Shown here: positions 10,351 to 20,829 of the stretch, in pieces
How the letters are laid out: every line of letters starts with the position of its first letter
Position numbering within the stretch: position 1 is the stretch's first letter
Origin: an uncultured Chryseobacterium sp.
GTDB lineage: Bacteria > Bacteroidota > Bacteroidia > UBA10329
Direction of reading: 5' to 3'
Assembly: GCA_964457245.1 (NCBI GenBank)
Contig: CAYWET010000008.1
Span: 30,270 to 94,269 of the forward strand
Length of the DNA: 64,000 nucleotides
The notes under the pieces: model-generated
What the model was told of the DNA's origin: nothing
What the model saw: only the letters and a program-made list of their open reading frames with translations
The model's database searches: none
Translations under genes and position numbers: made by a program

Positions 10351-11124
10351 ATGGATCAAGAGTTAATGGAGTTGTTTCAGGAGTATCATCGGACGCTCCA
10401 ATTGCAGAAGTTTGACATGGAAAAGTTGGACTATTCCAAGTTCGACACGCACCTGAATTACCTTAAAATGCTGCATACGCTGGATACTGCTTCGGTATCC
10501 GTTTTCGATATGGCCAAGTTGACCCACTTGTACCATTCCGAAAACTTTGGAGCATTGCTTGGCTATGATTTTACGAAGCTGGAAAATGGCGATGAGTTTT
10601 TGGACTCACGAAAACACCCCGATGACGCCAAGAGCACCATGCGAATGGGAATTTATTACCTGAAACGCGTGCTTGATATTCCGAAAAGCCAGCGCAAAGC
10701 ATATAAGATGGTTTCTGAGTTCAGAATGATGAATTCTGAAGACCGTTATATCCGCGTTTCAGAACGGTTTCAAATTCTGGAAATGGATGATGATGGTAAT
10801 ATTTGGTTGGTGCTTTCTGTTTTGGACCTGGCTGCGGACCAAAATGTTCAACTGCCTTATCGAGGTCAGGCCATAAACTTTGAAACAGGGGAAGTTATGG
10901 CTTATGAGGTGGATGGCTTGAAAGAACAATCGCCACTTTCAACGCGAGAAGTGGAGGTGTTGAACCTTATCGGAACGGGAAAACTTAGCAAGGAGATTGC
11001 CGATCAACTCAACATCAGCGTACATACGGTGAACACGCATCGCCAGCGGATTATTGAAAAGCTGAATGTTGGCAATACTATTGAGGCGTTGAACTTTGCC
11101 TCGCAACGTGGAATAATCGGCTAA
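10351..11124 (+). CDS. PAS-LuxR family transcriptional regulator
   Basis: PAS-like HPDD motif and C-terminal LSTREVEVL...SKEIADQLNISVHTVNTHR HTH; divergent from the TonB receptor. ATG 10351 preferred. Confidence 0.9.
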   Translation: MDQELMELFQEYHRTLQLQKFDMEKLDYSKFDTHLNYLKMLHTLDTASVSVFDMAKLTHLYHSENFGALLGYDFTKLENGDEFLDSRKHPDDAKSTMRMGIYYLKRVLDIPKSQRKAYKMVSEFRMMNSEDRYIRVSERFQILEMDDDGNIWLVLSVLDLAADQNVQLPYRGQAINFETGEVMAYEVDGLKEQSPLSTREVEVLNLIGTGKLSKEIADQLNISVHTVNTHRQRIIEKLNVGNTIEALNFASQRGIIG

Positions 11125-11172
11125 CGGTCAAACCAATTAGGCATGGTTTCGTAATCCGTACCTTGCTGTGAT

Positions 11173-11892
11173 TTGCGATTTCTTGCAATCATATCAATAC
11201 TTGGCCTGCTTACAACAGGAAACGCTGTCGGACAGATTGCCTGCCCAGCTATGGCCATTACGCAGGTTAATGTGAACAAGAAAGACAAGCTGGCGGGATT
11301 CAGTAAGGCCGTACGCAACGGTAAGAAAAAGACCCAGATGGGAAGTTTTTTCACCACGAAGACAAAAAAGTCTGGTCGTTTCAAAGAGTATTCGGAGTTC
11401 AGCACAAAATCGCGAAGCAGAAAAGCCTTTTTCGATAAGGACGAGTTTGCCATGCGAACCAAGAAAAAGGGGCGCTTTCGGAGTTATGATGAATTCGCAA
11501 CGCGGAGTAAACGCAGCAAAAAATTCCGCGATTTTGACGAGTTCGCGTATCGAAGCTCAAAACGAGGCAGTTTTTACGATAAAGATGAATTTGCAACCAA
11601 GCGGCAGCACAACAAGCGAATAAACATCGACTCACAGTTTTCGGTCAGATCCACAGAGAAACGCTTTAACAGTAGCAAGAGGTTGAGTTCGGGTTTCTCC
11701 TCGAAAAAGAAACGAAGCAAACAGGCGAAAAGCGAATACACGCCTTTTGCCAGCACTACATCTCCGTTTGCTGGAGAAAAGAAGCATCGTGACCCTCAAA
11801 TTGGCCTTTGGGGCGGAACGGTTGGAAATAGAAGCGGCAAGGATAAAAGGAAGATGATTCCGCTTCCTGAACCGGAGAAGAAAGGAGATTAA
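11173..11892 (+). CDS. Exported, very basic hypothetical protein with 16-aa tandem repeats
   Basis: Signal-peptide-like N-terminus (TTG start); five 16-aa xFxxxDEFAxRxKxxx units. Fills the gap between two real genes. Confidence 0.65.
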   Translation: MRFLAIISILGLLTTGNAVGQIACPAMAITQVNVNKKDKLAGFSKAVRNGKKKTQMGSFFTTKTKKSGRFKEYSEFSTKSRSRKAFFDKDEFAMRTKKKGRFRSYDEFATRSKRSKKFRDFDEFAYRSSKRGSFYDKDEFATKRQHNKRINIDSQFSVRSTEKRFNSSKRLSSGFSSKKKRSKQAKSEYTPFASTTSPFAGEKKHRDPQIGLWGGTVGNRSGKDKRKMIPLPEPEKKGD

Positions 11893-12794
11893 CGCTTCTT
11901 GGTTTTCCCCGCCACCACCTTCAACATGGAAACTTCTTTTTCTTGAAGCATGCGCCATTTACCGCGCGGCAGGTCTTTCTTGGTAAGATTGGCAAATAAC
12001 ACGCGATCCAACTTTACCACTTTATAGCCAAAGTGCTCGAACAATCGCCTCACAACCCGATTCTTCCCAGAGTGAATCTGAATTCCAAACTCAGTTCCAT
12101 CTGGCTGCTCCATTACGTAATTGACGATGTCTGGCTTCATGAAGCCATCTTCCAGCTCCACACCTTCGTTCATGGCATCGAGGTGCTCCTCCGTCATCGG
12201 CTTGTCCAAATAAACGTGGTAGATCTTCTTTACCAAGCTTGATGGATGTGTCAGGTTTTTGGCCAGGTCGCCATCGTTGGTAAACAGCAAAAGTCCGGTG
12301 GTTTCCCGGTCTAACCTGCCAACGGGGTAAATGCGTTCATTGCAAGCGCTACTGATTAATTGCATCACGGTTTTCCGGCCGCGCTCGTCAGACATCGTTG
12401 AGATAAAACCTTTTGGTTTGTTGAGCAGCAAATAGATCGGTCGTTCACCCTTAAGCAACTGACCTTGGTAAGTCACTTTGTCTCCTTGATGCACGCGCCA
12501 ACCCATTTCGCGCACTACTTTTCCATTCACCATTACTTTGCCTGTGGCAATCAGTTCATCTGCTTCGCGCCTTGAGCAAACTCCAGCGCGCGCTATGTAC
12601 TGATTTAGCCGTGGAAGATTATTGCGGTCTTCGGCTTCTTCAGGACGTTTTTTGCCCTTGCCGCCAAGTTTTGGCTTAAAACCACCTTTTTTCGGTGGGA
12701 ATTTCTTGAGTGATTTTTCCTTTCGCTCACCTCGTTTCCCCTCAGATTCATCTTTTCTGAACTTCTCGAAAGGCCGTTTTCCCTTTTCTCTCAT
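11889..12794 (-). CDS. rluB: 23S rRNA pseudouridine synthase (RluB/RsuA family)
   Basis: S4 domain RLNQYIARAGVCSRREAD, LNKPKG, PVGRLDRETTGLLLFTNDG and GKNRVVRR. Confidence 0.9.
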   Translation of the reverse strand: MREKGKRPFEKFRKDESEGKRGERKEKSLKKFPPKKGGFKPKLGGKGKKRPEEAEDRNNLPRLNQYIARAGVCSRREADELIATGKVMVNGKVVREMGWRVHQGDKVTYQGQLLKGERPIYLLLNKPKGFISTMSDERGRKTVMQLISSACNERIYPVGRLDRETTGLLLFTNDGDLAKNLTHPSSLVKKIYHVYLDKPMTEEHLDAMNEGVELEDGFMKPDIVNYVMEQPDGTEFGIQIHSGKNRVVRRLFEHFGYKVVKLDRVLFANLTKKDLPRGKWRMLQEKEVSMLKVVAGKTKKR

Positions 12795-12808
12795 GCAGCA
12801 AAGGTAAT

Positions 12809-13171
12809 TCAGGCCATTGGATAGAATGCATCTTCCATATGGTCGAGCGTTTGCTCGTTGGTCGATGTAATCACAGAGATGACATCGAAGCGTGCTTCAA
12901 GTTCAATTTCGTGCTGCTCCAAGTAATCGTTGGCCGCTTGAATAATGCGTTTCTGCTTCGCGATGGAAACCGCCTCACTTGGATCACCGAAAAACGCGGT
13001 TGAACGGGTTTTCACTTCAACAAACACTATCGTTTCGCCAATTCGCGCCACGATGTCCAGTTCATTTCTGCCACTTCGCCAATTCTCCGCCATTATGGAA
13101 TAGCCTTTTTTGCGAAGCAATTGCACCGCCAGGCTTTCTCCCTTTTCTCCAAGTTGGTTGTGGTTGGCCAT
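12809..13171 (-). CDS. yraN: YraN (UPF0102) family endonuclease-like protein
   Basis: LGEKGESLA, NWR...ELDIVA, FVEVKTR and RFDVISV. Confidence 0.92.
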   Translation of the reverse strand: MANHNQLGEKGESLAVQLLRKKGYSIMAENWRSGRNELDIVARIGETIVFVEVKTRSTAFFGDPSEAVSIAKQKRIIQAANDYLEQHEIELEARFDVISVITSTNEQTLDHMEDAFYPMA

Positions 13172-13254
13172 TCAATTTCAATGAATCTTGAAGGTAATGG
13201 AAACCTTTCTGACAACATTCACGTAAAGCCGCACACAACAAACGAAAGTTACCC

Positions 13255-13893
13255 ATGCGAATTCAAAAACTAACCGCACTCTGTCTATTTACCCTTGCTT
13301 CGGTTGGCGTGTTTGCCCAAGGCTTTGAGGGATCCATCTTCTTTACAAAATCAAACATGATGGATGTAACTCAGTACGCGTATCATGTTAAAGGAAATAA
13401 GGTGCGAATTGACGAGATGGTCGAAGGCAGCGATAAGCTGGTTGCCACCTTGATTGTTGATTTGGAATCTGGCGATATGTTCGCCTTGAGCCACGAGAGA
13501 AATCTTTGGATGAAGCGACCTTCTAAAGATGGCGATGCCAAAGTGAGCGGAGCCGAAGTGAAGGCTGGCTCATTGAAGCGTTCTATTCACGGTAAGAACT
13601 GTTCTCAGTACCGTGTAAAAAACAGACAAGCTGACCGAGAGGTGATGTATTGGGTTACAGAAGGAGATTACTCTTTCTTCCCGAAACTGCTTGAAATTCT
13701 GAAGCGAAAAGACAATTTCTCTTCTTACTATTTGGCGCTTGAAGGCCTAGGAAACAAGCTTCCGCTTATGGCAGAGGAGAATACGTTGCTTCGCGAGAAG
13801 AAAGGCTTCCTTCAGGTGGATAAGCTTGAAGAGAAGGAATTGGCAGCTGTGATGTTCGAGATTCCTGAGAGCTATGAGAAGGTCGAGCGCTAA
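13255..13893 (+). CDS. Exported protein, DUF4412-like
   Basis: Signal peptide followed by AQGFEG; I.GKNCSQY; C-terminal FEIPESY. Confidence 0.7.
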   Translation: MRIQKLTALCLFTLASVGVFAQGFEGSIFFTKSNMMDVTQYAYHVKGNKVRIDEMVEGSDKLVATLIVDLESGDMFALSHERNLWMKRPSKDGDAKVSGAEVKAGSLKRSIHGKNCSQYRVKNRQADREVMYWVTEGDYSFFPKLLEILKRKDNFSSYYLALEGLGNKLPLMAEENTLLREKKGFLQVDKLEEKELAAVMFEIPESYEKVER

Positions 13894-14802
13894 TTACGAT
13901 ACATATTGGAACTGCGAGCCGCTGTCCGTAATTCGGACAGCGGCTTTTTTGCCAAGAAAAAGTGCGCGGTTATCATCAATATGCCCTGCGGGGAAATTGA
14001 AACAAACAGGATAATTGTATTCATCCACCGCTTCGCGAATGATTTCCTCGGCTGTTTTGCCAAACGGAATGGCGTTATCGTTCATGTCGCTCATGCCACC
14101 AACGATTAACCCTTTCAGGTTGTCAAATTTCCCATTGCGTTTCAGGTTCATCATCATGCGGTCGATGTGGTAGAGGTGCTCATCCAAATCCTCTAGAAAG
14201 AGGATTTTTCCATCTGTGTTGATGTCCGATTTTGAACCAAGAATGGAATATAAAACGGACAAGTTTCCACCAATAACTTCGCCTTCCATTTCTCCATTTC
14301 TGTTGAGTGGATGCGTTGGGAATTCATAGCTGGGCAATTCGCCTTTCAACGAATTGATCAGTGTGATGATCTGCACATGATCTTCTGACAGATCTTTCAT
14401 GCTCAACGGCATCGAGCTATGCAACGTTGCAACCCCGAAATTCTGGTTGATGTGCGCATGCAGAACAGTAATATCACTGAAGCCGCAAAGCCATTTCGGG
14501 TGCTTCTCAAACTCCGAGAAATCGAGTTTATCAACGATACGAACCGTTCCATATCCGCCACGTGCACAGAGAATGGCGTTTATGTCTGGGTCATCCAACA
14601 TGCGTTGCATATCAGCTGCGCGGTCATCATCACTTCCAGAAAACTGATTCTGCGCACCGAACATGCGTTGCCCAGTTCGAACTGTAAAACCAGCATCAGT
14701 CAAAATACCAATGGTCGGTTCCAACTCCTCCCAGGTTAGTTTTCGTGCAGTGGCAACAATGCCAATTGTGCTGCCAGGTTTCAGATAAGGTGGTTCGATC
14801 AT
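13894..14802 (-). CDS. ldcA: LD-carboxypeptidase (peptidase S66)
   Basis: ARGGYG, GFSDIT, GGNLS, LFLEDL and FPAGH motifs. ATG 14802 ([10 protein letters not shown]) preferred. Confidence 0.92.
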   Translation of the reverse strand: MIEPPYLKPGSTIGIVATARKLTWEELEPTIGILTDAGFTVRTGQRMFGAQNQFSGSDDDRAADMQRMLDDPDINAILCARGGYGTVRIVDKLDFSEFEKHPKWLCGFSDITVLHAHINQNFGVATLHSSMPLSMKDLSEDHVQIITLINSLKGELPSYEFPTHPLNRNGEMEGEVIGGNLSVLYSILGSKSDINTDGKILFLEDLDEHLYHIDRMMMNLKRNGKFDNLKGLIVGGMSDMNDNAIPFGKTAEEIIREAVDEYNYPVCFNFPAGHIDDNRALFLGKKAAVRITDSGSQFQYVS

Positions 14803-14843
14803 GCGTGGCTGTATTGCTATCTTCGCAGGCCAAATTAACAGCT

Positions 14844-16889
14844 TTGACCGCATACAAACGACATCTCATTACAGCCGCTTTACCGTACGCCAACGGCCCC
14901 ATTCACTTGGGTCACTTGGCTGGCGCGTACCTTCCATCCGACATTTACGTTCGGTACTTGCGATTGAAAGGTGAGGATGTGCTTTTCGTGTGTGGTTCGG
15001 ATGAGCATGGAGCAGCCATTACGATCAAAGCCAAAAAGGAAGGAATTTCACCGCAGGAGGTGGTTGACCGCTACGATGGCATTATCCGAAAGTCATTTGA
15101 GGATTTCGGAATCGACTTTGATGTTTATCACAGAACATCATCCGAATTGCATCACGAAACAGCCTCCAACTACTTTTTGGAATTGCTTGAGAAAGATGCT
15201 TTCACCGTTCAGGAAAGTGAGCAGTATTACGATGCCGAAGCTGACCAATTTTTGGCGGACAGATACATCACGGGTACATGTCCCAAATGCGGAAATGAGA
15301 ATGCCTATGGAGATCAGTGCGAAAGCTGCGGCAGCGCGTTGAGTCCAACGGACCTAATTGACCCGAAATCGACCCTCAGTGGTAGCAAACCTATTCTGAA
15401 AACCACCAAGCATTGGTATTTGCCAATGCAAGATCACGAACAATGGTTGAAGGAATGGATCAACCGGGGAACCCTTGAGGGCAAACAGCACCACAACCCA
15501 AAAGAGTGGAAAAATCACGTGGTTGGTCAGTGTAACTCTTGGATTGATGGCGGATTGCAACCACGTGCCATGACCCGTGATCTTGATTGGGGCGTTCGCG
15601 TTCCGGTTGAAGGTGCTGAAGGAAAGGTGCTTTACGTTTGGTTGGATGCACCAATCGGTTACATCTCGGCAACTAAAAAATGGGCCGTAGACAACGGAAA
15701 AGATTGGGAAACCTACTGGAAAGACGAGGAAACACGGCTCGTGCATTTCATCGGTAAGGACAACATCGTTTTCCATTGCATCATTTTTCCGATTCTGCTG
15801 AAAGCACATGGCGAATTCATTTTGCCAGATAATGTTCCGGCTAACGAGTTCTTGAATTTAGAAGGAGAGAAACTGTCCACTTCGCGGAACTGGGCCGTTT
15901 GGTTGCACGAATACTTGGAGGAGTACCCTGACAGGATTGACGCTTTGCGATATTGCATTACATCCATTCTCCCAGAGAACAAGGACAGCGAATTTACTTG
16001 GGCAGACTTTCAAGCACGGAACAATAACGAGCTGGTAGCCATTTTGGGCAACTTTGTGAACCGTGCAGCAGTCCTCACTCACAAGTATTTCGGAGGAAAA
16101 GTTCCCACTTCGGATTTCGACCAAGATGTGTTGGATGAAGTGAAAACCCACTACGGAAAGGTTTCTGAGAGCTTAGAGAAGTTCAACTTCCGACAAGCAT
16201 TGAGTGAAGCAATGAATGTGGCCCGAATCGGCAACAGGTACCTAGCCGACAATGAGCCTTGGAAGACAATCAAAACGGATGAGGCTGCTGCCAAAAAAGT
16301 CATTTCAACATCGTTGGTTATTGCAGAACATTTGAAGAATGTAATTGCACCTTTCTTGCCGAATACCTCAACTAAACTTGCTCAAATTCTAAACGTTGCT
16401 GCACCGAATTGGAATGCTGAAAGCACCGTCCTTGAAGGTCATCAACTTAATAAGGCTGAACTGCTCTTCACCAAGTTTGAAGATGACGAAGTTGAAAAGC
16501 AGGTGAACAAGTTAAAGGAAGCCGCAGCAGCTGCGAAGCCAATCGAATTAGAGCTAGCCAAACCGGAAACTACATTCGATGTTTTCCAAAAGCTCGATAT
16601 CCGTATAGCAACCATCATCGAAGCAGAAAAGGTTGCCAAGACCAAAAAGCTTCTTAAACTGAAAGTCGATACCGGCATGGATGAGCGGACCGTGGTCTCG
16701 GGCATCGCGGAGTTTTATTCTCCAGAGGAAATAATCGGAAAACAGGTTTGTCTGTTGGCCAACTTAGCCCCACGCGCCATCAAAGGCATCGAAAGCCAAG
16801 GAATGGTCTTGATGGCTGAAAGTCCGGATGGTAAGCTGTCCTTCGTGTTGCCTAGTACTGAAGTCGTAAATGGCTCAGCCATTAGCTAG
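14844..16889 (+). CDS. metG: Methionine--tRNA ligase
   Basis: [13 protein letters not shown], Zn knuckles CPKC/CESC, KLSTS (KMSKS-like) and a C-terminal tRNA-binding OB domain. Probable TTG start at 14844, after TATCTTCG at 14818-14825. Confidence 0.97.
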   Translation: MTAYKRHLITAALPYANGPIHLGHLAGAYLPSDIYVRYLRLKGEDVLFVCGSDEHGAAITIKAKKEGISPQEVVDRYDGIIRKSFEDFGIDFDVYHRTSSELHHETASNYFLELLEKDAFTVQESEQYYDAEADQFLADRYITGTCPKCGNENAYGDQCESCGSALSPTDLIDPKSTLSGSKPILKTTKHWYLPMQDHEQWLKEWINRGTLEGKQHHNPKEWKNHVVGQCNSWIDGGLQPRAMTRDLDWGVRVPVEGAEGKVLYVWLDAPIGYISATKKWAVDNGKDWETYWKDEETRLVHFIGKDNIVFHCIIFPILLKAHGEFILPDNVPANEFLNLEGEKLSTSRNWAVWLHEYLEEYPDRIDALRYCITSILPENKDSEFTWADFQARNNNELVAILGNFVNRAAVLTHKYFGGKVPTSDFDQDVLDEVKTHYGKVSESLEKFNFRQALSEAMNVARIGNRYLADNEPWKTIKTDEAAAKKVISTSLVIAEHLKNVIAPFLPNTSTKLAQILNVAAPNWNAESTVLEGHQLNKAELLFTKFEDDEVEKQVNKLKEAAAAAKPIELELAKPETTFDVFQKLDIRIATIIEAEKVAKTKKLLKLKVDTGMDERTVVSGIAEFYSPEEIIGKQVCLLANLAPRAIKGIESQGMVLMAESPDGKLSFVLPSTEVVNGSAIS

Positions 16890-16896
16890 AAGGATA

Positions 16897-16904
16897 TACA
16901 TTTG
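16897..16904 (+). promoter_or_regulatory. -7 promoter element of the tRNA gene
   Basis: TACATTTG, 18 bp upstream of the tRNA 5' end. Confidence 0.6.
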
Positions 16905-16922
16905 CCTTAGCCGTTAAGCAAT

Positions 16923-16994
16923 GGCCTCGTAGTTCAATGGATAGAATAGAAGTTTCCTAAACTTTTGATCTAGGTTCGATTCCTAGCGAGGCTA
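16923..16994 (+). tRNA. tRNA-Arg (anticodon CCT), CCA not encoded
   Basis: Cloverleaf: acceptor GGCCTCG/CGAGGCT, D arm GTTC/GAAT, anticodon arm GAAGT-TTCCTAA-ACTTT, T arm CTAGG-TTCGATT-CCTAG; 72 nt. Confidence 0.95.
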
Positions 16995-18507
16995 CTAAAT
17001 AGGAAACATCCAATTTTTCGTGGATTTTCCTTTTCTCAAAACTTTTGGAACCCCTGTCAATACTGAGACACAGAGCAAGGGCTTCGTTCAATTTTTTGGT
17101 TCGACATTGATTTCCGTCAAATTCAAGCATTTCCGGAAAAATCGAACTAAGCAAGTGAATTTTGGTTTTTCCCGAAGCTTTGGAAAATGTGGTTCCTAAG
17201 TGAGATAGCATTGAAACGGCCTTACGTATGACCCTTTCTCTATCTATAGAATTACCATTAAGCGCTTTCAGGTCAGCCTCTGCCTGTGATCGAATTTTCT
17301 CAAACCTAGTCTTCATTTGAATGAAATCATCTGATGAAACGATTCCATCTGCAAGATTATCCTGTAAACGCTCTATGCGGTTCTTTTGCTTTTCAATGAG
17401 GTGATTTAACTCGTCAGCTTTTTTCTTTCTTATGAGGCCAGAACCTTTTAACAAGAGGTTTATCAATTCTTCCTGAATGATCTTTGCATCTTTGGTGAAC
17501 TGGATGCTATCAAGGATTTCGGAAATGGCTTGGTTTACCTTTTCTGAACGATAACGCTCTTCGCCACAATGGTTGCAGTGATAGTAAGGGTATCTGATAC
17601 TTGCGCGGCCTCGTGACCGACTTCCTGTCATTTTACTTCCACACTTGGAACATTTCAATATTCCTCGTAACGCAAGCAATTCATCGGAGATTTTAGGGCT
17701 AATCCTCTTTTTTGATGAATTCTGATTCAGTTGGTCTTGTACTTGATAGAATAGTTGCTCACTTACGATGCCCTCGTGCTGCGCTTCAATGAGTTGATAA
17801 GGTTCGTCCTCAAATGCAGGGATTTCAATCTTCCCCATATACATGGGGTTTCTCAAAATCAGTGAGAGTTGACTTTTGCTTATCGGCGTGCCTCTTTCTT
17901 TCAGGTCAATTACTATTTGTGACTGGGGAATTCCTAATGCAACTTGCTCATAGGCATGTTTGATGGCCACGGAATACTTGTCAGGAATTATGATTGGGCG
18001 GTTGTTCTCATCACGCGAATTCTTGTACCCGTATGGAGCATTACGACTCCATCGGCCGGCTTTCAATGCTGCCCGCATTCCACCTTTAATTTTGATAGAC
18101 CTCCGGTCGTTATCCACTTCTGGAATTGCTAAGAAAACCGCAAGCATAACCTTGTTTTCCGGAATGGAGAAGTCGATAGGCTGTTCAATTGACTGTGCTT
18201 GAACACCTAGCTTCCTAAGCTCATCAATCATCCTGTAAGCATCGTAGGCATTTCGTGAGAATCGGTCCCATGAAGTGAACAGAAGCAAGTCTACCTCACC
18301 TTTGTTCTTATTCAGCCAGCAGAGAAACTCTTTGAAGGCTGGTCTATCGAAATTCTTCGCAGAATGATCTTCTCGGAATGAGTATACCATTTCGACATCA
18401 TTTCTACTACAATAGTTTTCTAACGAATCCGATTGAACGTCAAGGCTGTAACCCCTTGCCTGTTCATCACTAGATACCCTGCTCATAAGTGCTGCCCGCT
18501 TTCTCAT
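16957..18507 (-). CDS. Large serine recombinase (integrase)
   Basis: RVSSDEQ catalytic Ser, SAKNFDRP, DRFSRN, recombinase domain PYGY/NPMYMG, Zn ribbon CSKC/CNHC and a coiled coil. The last residues are read from the tRNA antisense strand. Confidence 0.95.
   Translation of the reverse strand: MRKRAALMSRVSSDEQARGYSLDVQSDSLENYCSRNDVEMVYSFREDHSAKNFDRPAFKEFLCWLNKNKGEVDLLLFTSWDRFSRNAYDAYRMIDELRKLGVQAQSIEQPIDFSIPENKVMLAVFLAIPEVDNDRRSIKIKGGMRAALKAGRWSRNAPYGYKNSRDENNRPIIIPDKYSVAIKHAYEQVALGIPQSQIVIDLKERGTPISKSQLSLILRNPMYMGKIEIPAFEDEPYQLIEAQHEGIVSEQLFYQVQDQLNQNSSKKRISPKISDELLALRGILKCSKCGSKMTGSRSRGRASIRYPYYHCNHCGEERYRSEKVNQAISEILDSIQFTKDAKIIQEELINLLLKGSGLIRKKKADELNHLIEKQKNRIERLQDNLADGIVSSDDFIQMKTRFEKIRSQAEADLKALNGNSIDRERVIRKAVSMLSHLGTTFSKASGKTKIHLLSSIFPEMLEFDGNQCRTKKLNEALALCLSIDRGSKSFEKRKIHEKLDVSYLVASLGIEPRSKV
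16973..16998 (+). other. Left att junction (attB-derived arm plus core CTACTAA at 16992-16998)
   Basis: GGTTCGA-N12-CTACTAA, formed by the tRNA T arm and 3' end. Confidence 0.7.
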
Positions 18508-18631
18508 TTACTTCTTCGATAATAATTCTGGCCAGCTCCTTGTTGAATGAGAGCATGACCTCTAGTTCCTCATCCGAATACTTTTCTTTTTTAGGGTCTA
18601 CAAGTTTTCTGCATTGCTTTAATGTCAGCAT
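18470..18631 (-). CDS. Small 53-aa protein overlapping the recombinase start (not in ORF track)
   Basis: Manual translation: MLTLKQCRKLVDPKKEKYSDEELEVMLSFNKELARIIIEEVNEKAGSTYEQGI. ATG at 18631, TAG at 18470-18472. Confidence 0.7.
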   Translation of the reverse strand: MLTLKQCRKLVDPKKEKYSDEELEVMLSFNKELARIIIEEVNEKAGSTYEQGI

Positions 18632-18709
18632 TGTTCGATAAGCTGCATCGACCTCTGTTCGTCCAGTAGGTAGATACCTGTATCAATAGGTCTGATGTGT
18701 TCAGTACCA

Positions 18710-19663
18710 TTATTTCAATTTTACTTTCCGTGTGTTTTCACATCTTACAATTGCCCCTTTTTGCGTCTTGATGGTGATGTTCTGGTAACCGTTCATGAGT
18801 ATCAGTTCCATCAATCTGGAGCCTTTATCAACAGCCCGACCTTCAGTTACCTCCATCAGGTCCATTTCACCGCGATCGTCAAATTTCACTTTGACCGATA
18901 AGACATCCTCCTCTTTCAATGCCTTAAATACAAGTGCTTCACTATCGGTGAGGAATTGGAGCTTCCCTGAGACCTTTTCAATAGGTGCTATGGTGAGTAC
19001 TTCGGCAAGCACCTCGGTAAGGCTAATGGACACATGCGACCTTGCAACCATGTCAAAGAAAGGCTGATGGTCAACGTCAGAATGCTCAAAAATGACCGGA
19101 CTGAAAACAGTACCACGGCCATTTTGGTCGATAAGAAAAGAGATGGGTCGTTTGACCAGCAGGGCAAATACAATATGACCGTCCAGATGGTTGGAGACCA
19201 TTCCTTGAGGAATAGCGGCCAATAGCTTCTCAACCATTTCAGGTTGTGAGAACATCAATCCTACTTTTTCCTGATGTTCAGGAGGGAACATGTTCACCAT
19301 TGCCTGACGCATTTCAGGGCTTTTGAGAACAGAATCCACCTTGATGGGGACGGGGGCGACCACTTCGTTACGAAACGCCCGGATGAACTCCAGTGAAAAA
19401 TTATACTCCCGCATCTTCTCGATCATCTTGATCCAGACAAACTCGGTGAGGGAAAAGTCATGCCGCTTGTTCTTTTCGTGATCAGCGATGAGAAGCCCCT
19501 TTCTGTTCCAGTCGGCCATGAGTTTGGGGTGGACGCCAGTCTCGGTGGCCCGGAAAGGCTTTTTGGTCATGGCAGCAGTGACCTCAGGGAAATCCCGTGA
19601 AATTCCAGCAGCGCAGTTTTGCAGTATCTGTGCGTATGCGGTCAAAAACTCTTGATTCATCAT
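18710..19663 (-). CDS. MerR-like HTH DNA-binding protein
   Basis: TGVHPKLMADWNRKGLL...RHDFSLTEFVWIKMIEKMREYNFSLEFIR resembles the MerR wHTH; C-terminal part not recognised. Confidence 0.65.
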   Translation of the reverse strand: MMNQEFLTAYAQILQNCAAGISRDFPEVTAAMTKKPFRATETGVHPKLMADWNRKGLLIADHEKNKRHDFSLTEFVWIKMIEKMREYNFSLEFIRAFRNEVVAPVPIKVDSVLKSPEMRQAMVNMFPPEHQEKVGLMFSQPEMVEKLLAAIPQGMVSNHLDGHIVFALLVKRPISFLIDQNGRGTVFSPVIFEHSDVDHQPFFDMVARSHVSISLTEVLAEVLTIAPIEKVSGKLQFLTDSEALVFKALKEEDVLSVKVKFDDRGEMDLMEVTEGRAVDKGSRLMELILMNGYQNITIKTQKGAIVRCENTRKVKLK

Positions 19664-19735
19664 TGAAATTAATTATATTACATAAAGGTAAAATAAAATA
19701 CCTAAATTTACATAGGTAATAACACAAAGACGACA

Positions 19736-20167
19736 ATGGCAACTTGGAATCCCCATACTCAGACGTTCGACCATTATGGATGTAAGAAATGTGGAGAATC
19801 CTTTTCAGGCAGAAAGAACCGGCAATTCTGTTCAACGGCCTGTAAGGTCGTTTTCAATAATGAACGGGCGGCCGAAAGACGGTTGAGCGACCAGCGTCAT
19901 ACGACCCCGTTGGTCAGGAACATCAGGATATTGGAAAAGGTGGTGTTGGAACAAGGTAATGGAATCGCTACTGTTCCCAGATATTACCTGAACGAACTTG
20001 GCTTTGATTCAAAAGCCCCTATGAACAAAGTCTCAATTAAGGGTGAGACGTGGTTCGCGGTCGGAGATTACATCTACAAGGTACACAAGGATAATACGGT
20101 AGAAATACTACATAAAGATTGGAGAAATGAGCACGATAATTATAGAAGACAGTTTCAGGCCGGATGA
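19736..20167 (+). CDS. Zn-ribbon protein (DUF2116-like)
   Basis: CKKCGESFSGRKNRQFCSTACK...NN, then RNIRIL and LNELGFD. Confidence 0.7.
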   Translation: MATWNPHTQTFDHYGCKKCGESFSGRKNRQFCSTACKVVFNNERAAERRLSDQRHTTPLVRNIRILEKVVLEQGNGIATVPRYYLNELGFDSKAPMNKVSIKGETWFAVGDYIYKVHKDNTVEILHKDWRNEHDNYRRQFQAG

Positions 20168-20363
20168 TTTCAAGAAGGCAAATCCGGAATCCAAACCAAA
20201 GAAACCCGAAGGTTCAGAGACCTCTCCTTGGGTTTGGGTGGTCATAGGAATTATGGCTTCCGGTGCCATCGCCTCATTGATAATGGCCGTACGAGAATAC
20301 AGGATTCCGAAGCGAGTTGAGGAGGATGAAGATCATGAGCTTTCGTTCGCCAATCGTTCCTGA
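20127..20363 (+). CDS. Small single-pass membrane hypothetical protein
   Basis: One TM segment WVWVVIGIMASGAIASLIMAV; overlaps the upstream gene. Confidence 0.55.
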   Translation: MSTIIIEDSFRPDDFKKANPESKPKKPEGSETSPWVWVVIGIMASGAIASLIMAVREYRIPKRVEEDEDHELSFANRS

Positions 20364-20797
20364 GTATCGGAATTTATCCGCATTTATGCGAATAATTCTG
20401 TGTTTATACGTGTTCACCCGAATAAATGCATTTCGGCATAATTGGATTAGTAATTAGTGAGTCGATGAGTCTTTGTTGTGTTCTTCGCTTTGACAACAGA
20501 TAGGACTGATGGGCATAGGTAATCTATATCACAGTGATTATTTTGACTTGATGCTAGTGAATACAATTCGCGATACAACATTCAACCAAATAGCTTGGTC
20601 GTGATAAGGACTGGGGTCAAGTGCATTCATGGTTTCATTAGAGATTCTACGCTTACGCGACCATTTAATGCAATTTGATGAAATGGAAAATTTCTTGAAA
20701 CGCGATTTTTCGTTGTTGATAACCTTATTGATAACTAGCTGAATCCGTTATGGGGGCTGTGATACAGTGTTGTTGAAAACTATTTTTGGTCAATTCC

Positions 20798-20829
20798 TTG
20801 ACAAATAGTCGTGTGTCAGGCTATGTTAG
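20798..20829 (+). promoter_or_regulatory. Putative promoter of the cargo operon
   Basis: TTG-N21-TATGTTAG (Bacteroidetes -33/-7 with one mismatch), with TTGTTGATAAC-like motifs upstream. Confidence 0.45.

Noticed and set aside
20370-20440. Imperfect palindrome GAATTTATCCGCATTTATGCGAATAATTC after the small membrane gene
   Set aside because: Could be a terminator or binding site, but it is AT-rich, single copy and too weak to call.
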